DNA from: Chrysemys picta bellii
Lineage: Eukaryota
Length of the DNA: 64,000 nt
Assembly: GCF_011386835.1 (NCBI RefSeq)
Contig: NC_088802.1
Span: forward strand, 54,746,001 to 54,810,000
Direction: 5' to 3'
The position numbers were made by a program, and so were the translations under genes. The notes under the pieces were generated by a model, which was not told the origin of the DNA, made no database searches, and saw only the letters and a list, made by a program, of their open reading frames with translations. Positions 59,671 through 64,000 of the stretch are shown one piece after another (within the stretch, counting starts at the first letter, position 1; the number at the start of each line of letters is the position of its first letter).

Positions 59671-61365
59671 AACAGCTCCGTCCTTTCCCTCAAACGCTAG
59701 AAAATGCCAGAATTAAGCTTGCCCATGTAACCTTAATTCTGCCCTTGGGGGGTAGGTATTGTGGGACAGTCTCATTACATGATCAAACTGTCTCTCGACT
59801 AGGCAATTTTCACAGCCCAAGAGAAGGGAAATGCAACCAGCAGCATCCACAGTGAACTGTCTCCGAGAGCTCATTTTAAATGCTAATCTCGCGACGCGTT
59901 ATCTGTAGACCTGGATCTCTGTCTTTTGGAATATATATGACTTTTAGCTCAATTGGGCCCAATAACTCCTGTGCTTGCAGCAGCCCATACGGACACATGT
60001 GCTGGATCAGCGCCCTGGAGCACAGACTTCAGGGCCTGCAGTCCCAGGGAGAAAGGCCCTGTTTTGTCCTTGCGAACGCACAGTTTAAAACAAACCAGCA
60101 GGGACATTTCAGTCCCCCGCAGGTGCTGCTCCCGTCCTTGTTAACACGCTGGGGCACGTTATCCGCGGGTGATCCCAGGGCTTTCTGAACACGAACCGGC
60201 GGGAAGAGACCTCTGCACAGTGCTGGGCCCAGCAGCCGAGCTGACCTTGCATGCTCAGATCTTCCCTTTGCCAGGACGCCAGCACGCCAGCTGCTCCCAG
60301 CACCCAGTGTCAGAAGCAATAACAGCACCCCGCAAAGAGCCTCCCAGATTCATTCAGCCCTCTCTGCCCCAGGTTCCCGCCAGGCCTGGAATGAGAGTCG
60401 GGATGGTGGAGGTCGGGGGAGAAGGAGCAAACGGTTGGAACTGCCGGGATTTGCTGTTTAAAGAAATAGACGCTAAAGCCCCCGCTTTGTCCCATGTCAA
60501 TGTCCTTGCAGTAATGAGCTTAGAGCTGGCTGAGCTCAGCTCATTCCAAGGTTGCAGGAGCTTTTCTTCTGCAGCAGGGGTGGGGGCCTGGCAAGTGGGT
60601 CACCGAGCCATGGAACGGAGCCCTGGCCCTCTCTGGGCGGGTGAGTGGCTAAAGCTTTCGTTTAAAAGGCATGGGAGGGGTCTGCGTCCCACTCCCTAGC
60701 TAGCCAGCACTGTTCTTGGCCTCTTGTATGCACCAGCTCCCTGGGCAGGCAGGCCAGAGCTGACTGGGGGTTGGCCACCCAGCTCCCATTCGTTCCCAGG
60801 AGCTGGGTAGCTACGGCCCCTTGCGGGCACTGAAAATCTCCATCCAGGGTCACGGGGGGGGGGGGGGGGGGATTGCTCCGCACCAGAAAGCGCATCCCCC
60901 TGCCCCACAAGCGAAAGCGGTAACAGGCTGTCAGTGAGTGAGTCAGCCACTAGAGGGAGGTGTGATCCCATGCACCACCCATCTTGCACCCAGATTCCCT
61001 GCTCCCAGGAGCGAGCAGCCTTGGGTGACCCACACCCGCTGGGGTGCTGCTGCGTCCCCCCTCTAGCAGCAGCTGGGTTGCGGGGCCTGCTGCTACACCC
61101 TGGGCTAAGAGGGGTGGGTCTAGTTCAGGCACAGAGACTTGGGCATCTAGATCCTTTCCAGCTGCCGCTAGCCCACCCAGGAAGGCAGTAGTACGTTTGC
61201 ATTGATGGCCCGTCTCAGCAGGCACCGTGGGACCACCATCGCCTTGCTCCCCTCACGTGGCCAATTCTCTTTCCTTCTTTCTGCCTCCAAACGTGTGACT
61301 TGTAGGGAGAAGCCGGGACCTGGAGCCAGGGGGACTGCACCAGCAGCTGACACCCCACCGCAGCC

Positions 61366-61511
61366 ATGAGCCTGGAGCCCCCAAAGCTGGAGATCAAGTC
61401 GGCCACCAGGGTGACTGGAGGGCCAGTCACCCCCAGGAAAGGGCCTCCCAAATTCAAGCAGAGGCAAACCAGGCAGTTCAAGAGCAAGCCCCCCAAGAAG
61501 GGGACCCAAGG
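61366..61511 (+). CDS. PDE6G: PDE6G coding exon 1, rod cGMP phosphodiesterase gamma subunit
   Basis: Acceptor at 61305. Encodes [49 protein letters not shown], a rod-type N-terminus; 146 nt, donor GG|GTGAGC. Confidence 0.97.
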
Positions 61512-62409
61512 GTGAGCACGTAGGGTGGGAGTGCTGCTCTCGCAGAGTCTGGTCTCCCTGTACCGGTGAGCAGGCAGTCCCCGGAAGATGCTAACGGTGA
61601 CTTGCCTAGCCCAGGGGCTCAGTGCACCGCCAGCCCCTTCTGGCCAGGACTAACCTCTGGGCCTGGGCTCTGCCCCCCAGCTGTAACAGCTGCAACCCCT
61701 GAGCATTTAATCCCCAGAGAGCTCAGGGGCGGGGCAGTCTGACAGCAGAGCCCTGCCCCCATCCACTTCCCCCCCCCCCCCCGAACAGTGTCTTTAGGGG
61801 AACCCATGTGAGGCTAGAGGGGACTCGAGCGGGTCGGGGTGGCAGGACAGCCCAACAATGCGGATGGAGGGGAGCCACTGGCAACAGAGCAGGGAGACCT
61901 TGGTGGGGGCTTTAACAAAGAGAAAGGAGTGCCCCAAACAGCAGCGAAATGAGAGGAGACCACCCATTGCACCGAGAACCAGAGTCGTGAAGGTCGTCTC
62001 ACCCCTCTCGCCCGTTCGCTGACCACGTCCAGGGAGACGCAGCCAGGTGGGGGCTCAGCAGTTCATGCAGGACACCGCAGCAGTGGGATTCTGCAGAGCA
62101 GACTGGGCGTCAGGTCTTCGGCAAAGGCTCCACACCCGGAGTGAACTGCCTAGAGCTCAGTTCTCTCTTAGGGGACAAAACCACAGCCACCCCACGGCCC
62201 TACGGTGCTGGGCAATGGGCTCTTTCAAGGCTGGGTTTCTGGCCAGTAAGCCAGCGAGGGGTATTTGCTGGAGAGGATCCCTCTGTCCAGCCTCTCGTCC
62301 CACACCCCTCCATACAGAGCTGGGGGTCACAGCTCGCTGGGGGTGGGCAGGGATGCTCCCGGCTGAGCCCAGGGCAGGGAGAGTGATGTAATGGTGTCTC
62401 TCCTTGCAG

Positions 62410-62450
62410 GTTCGGTGATGACATCCCTGGCATGGAGGGGCTGGGAACAG
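62410..62450 (+). CDS. PDE6G: PDE6G coding exon 2
   Basis: Acceptor tccttgcag, donor GTAACC; encodes FGDDIPGMEGLGT; 41 nt. Confidence 0.97.
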
Positions 62451-63117
62451 GTAACCGAGCAGCTGGTGCTTGACTGGTTTGGAAATAGGGAATGTGTTGC
62501 ACATGAAAGGGAGAGATTAACGTCGGGGGCCAGGCCGCCCCCACCCTGCTCTGCAGAGGCACCTCAGCCCTGGGGAGAGGCTCACAGCTGTGCAGATATC
62601 GAACCTCCTCTGCATTTCCACCACAGCTTGTGCTGGACTCCCCCCCCGCTCAGCCCTGACCTGCAGCTTCCCACCCCCTTGGTCCCCTCCAGAGAAGTGG
62701 CTGCCAGCTGAGCCCTGGCTGGGTTTGCTGTGGATAAATGGAACCAGGAGGGACTGCACATGGGTCAATTTCACATATGGCCTAAAGCAGGACTTGAACT
62801 TGTGCCTTAATTCCCTGTGCCGCCCCGTCCCTCCCCCTTTGCAGGCCCCATTCCCCCTGCACCAGAGAATGAACTTCCAGAACAAAGGCAGAGTGCCCGG
62901 GGGAGAGCTCTGCCCTGGGTAAACAGCGCCCAGCCCCAGGGCACCGATCTCCACTGGACAGGCAGGACGCGCTGGCATGGAACGAGCCAACTGGGACTAG
63001 GGGCGCCCAGAGCAGGGACAATGCCAAGCAGCAGTGCTGGGGAGAGCGCTTTGCCCAGACCGCAGCCAGACCCTGTCTCACGCTGACACCTGCCTCTCTC
63101 TGGTTTTCCCCTTTCAG

Positions 63118-63194
63118 ACATCACCGTGATTTGCCCCTGGGAAGCTTTCAGTCACCTGGAACTCCACGAGCTGGCGCAGTACGGCATCATCTAG
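63118..63194 (+). CDS. PDE6G: PDE6G coding exon 3
   Basis: Acceptor ttttcccctttcag; encodes [25 protein letters not shown]. Total 264 nt = 87 aa, the canonical length. Confidence 0.97.
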
Positions 63195-63305
63195 CCAGCC
63201 CTGAGCGTGTGTCTCATGGCAGCCCTCGGATTGTCACTATTTATACAGAGGGGGCTGCAGCGCTTTCGCTGCTAGTGACCAGACCAGCCTGAACAAGCTC
63301 TTTAA

Positions 63306-63311
63306 AATAAA
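63306..63311 (+). terminator. PDE6G polyA signal candidate
   Basis: AATAAA ~110 nt after the stop. Confidence 0.6.
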
Positions 63312-63504
63312 CACGCTCAGCCGAATCTGCTCTGAGTCTGACCTGGCTTTCCGAGCCAGCTCTATGCCACCCTTGACTCTCCCATGCAGCTTGGACGTGT
63401 TGCTTAACCCGGGATTTCCCCAAACACGCTGTGTATCACCAGTCTCACTCACCTCTCAGCTTGCCCAGCCCGCTGGAGCCAGGCCAGTGGGATTTGGCAT
63501 TTAA

Positions 63505-63740
63505 CGTGTGCTAATTGTTAGAAAGCCCTGGAATTTTCACTAGGGCTGCAGACTCAGCAAACAAGGGAGTGGGGGGAGCCGGGGCCGCAGTGTGAGGTGT
63601 AGAATGATCCTCCCTCTGTTGTGGATTAGCAACCTTGTCTGTGTGATGTTCTTCACAGATGCCTAGGGCGGGGGCAGGAGCCAGGGTAGCTTTACATTAC
63701 CATAAGCTGCAGAGGGTGGATTATACGGGCTAATTACCAG
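63505..63740. promoter_or_regulatory. Candidate rod enhancer downstream of PDE6G (Maf plus CRX plus PCE-1)
   Basis: CTAATTG 63511, TGCAGACTCAGCA 63547-63559 (12/13 match to T-MARE), GGATTAG 63623, GGATTA 63718, CTAATTA 63730. Confidence 0.55.
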
Positions 63741-64000
63741 CACTTGTCAAAACCCAGGCATCACCCACACACACACACACCCCAAGCCTCCCCATTTCTC
63801 AGTGAAAATGCTTTCAGACAGACATCCCCACCGAAGGCCAGGCAGCTCTCCTCCTTAAAACTTCCCCTGCCCCTTGTCTCAAAACATGCTTCTCAGGCAA
63901 GAAGCAGGCAGCCCCAGGGAAATGCAGCCAGCTATGGGGAGGAGCAGAGAACTCCCTGCTTGCAGGGGGTGGGCTCCACAGAGGTAGCATAAACCCTCGC

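Overview
This is a GC-rich vertebrate genomic window, almost certainly from a turtle. The repeat content points that way: a tortoise-type tRNA-Lys/CR1 SINE, PsCR1-like LINE ends and hAT-like MITEs. I reconstructed five spliced protein-coding genes by hand, with GT-AG junctions and consistent phases. GPR142 (+) has 2 coding exons and 340 aa. GPRC5C (+) has 3 or 4 coding exons and two possible C-termini. CCDC137 (-) has 6 exons and 268 aa. OXLD1 (+) has 2 exons and about 184 aa, and shares a ~230 bp bidirectional promoter with CCDC137. Rod PDE6G (+) has 3 coding exons and 87 aa. Most ORFs in the supplied track are chance ORFs, antisense shadows or minisatellite read-throughs. I see no convincing wholly new gene or system. 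The best leads are regulatory or structural: (1) CRX and Maf-site clusters on both sides of PDE6G; (2) an overlapping out-of-frame ORF over the GPR142 start; (3) a splice-versus-readthrough C-terminal switch in GPRC5C; (4) an unexplained AT-rich TATA/micro-intron/polyA unit in CCDC137 intron 4; (5) a CR1 fragment inside a ~68 bp inverted repeat; (6) a triple NF-Y box with a perfect antisense 5' splice site; (7) two minisatellites with a shared core; (8) a synteny junction relative to human. Gene and repeat-family names come from remembered sequences, not database searches.
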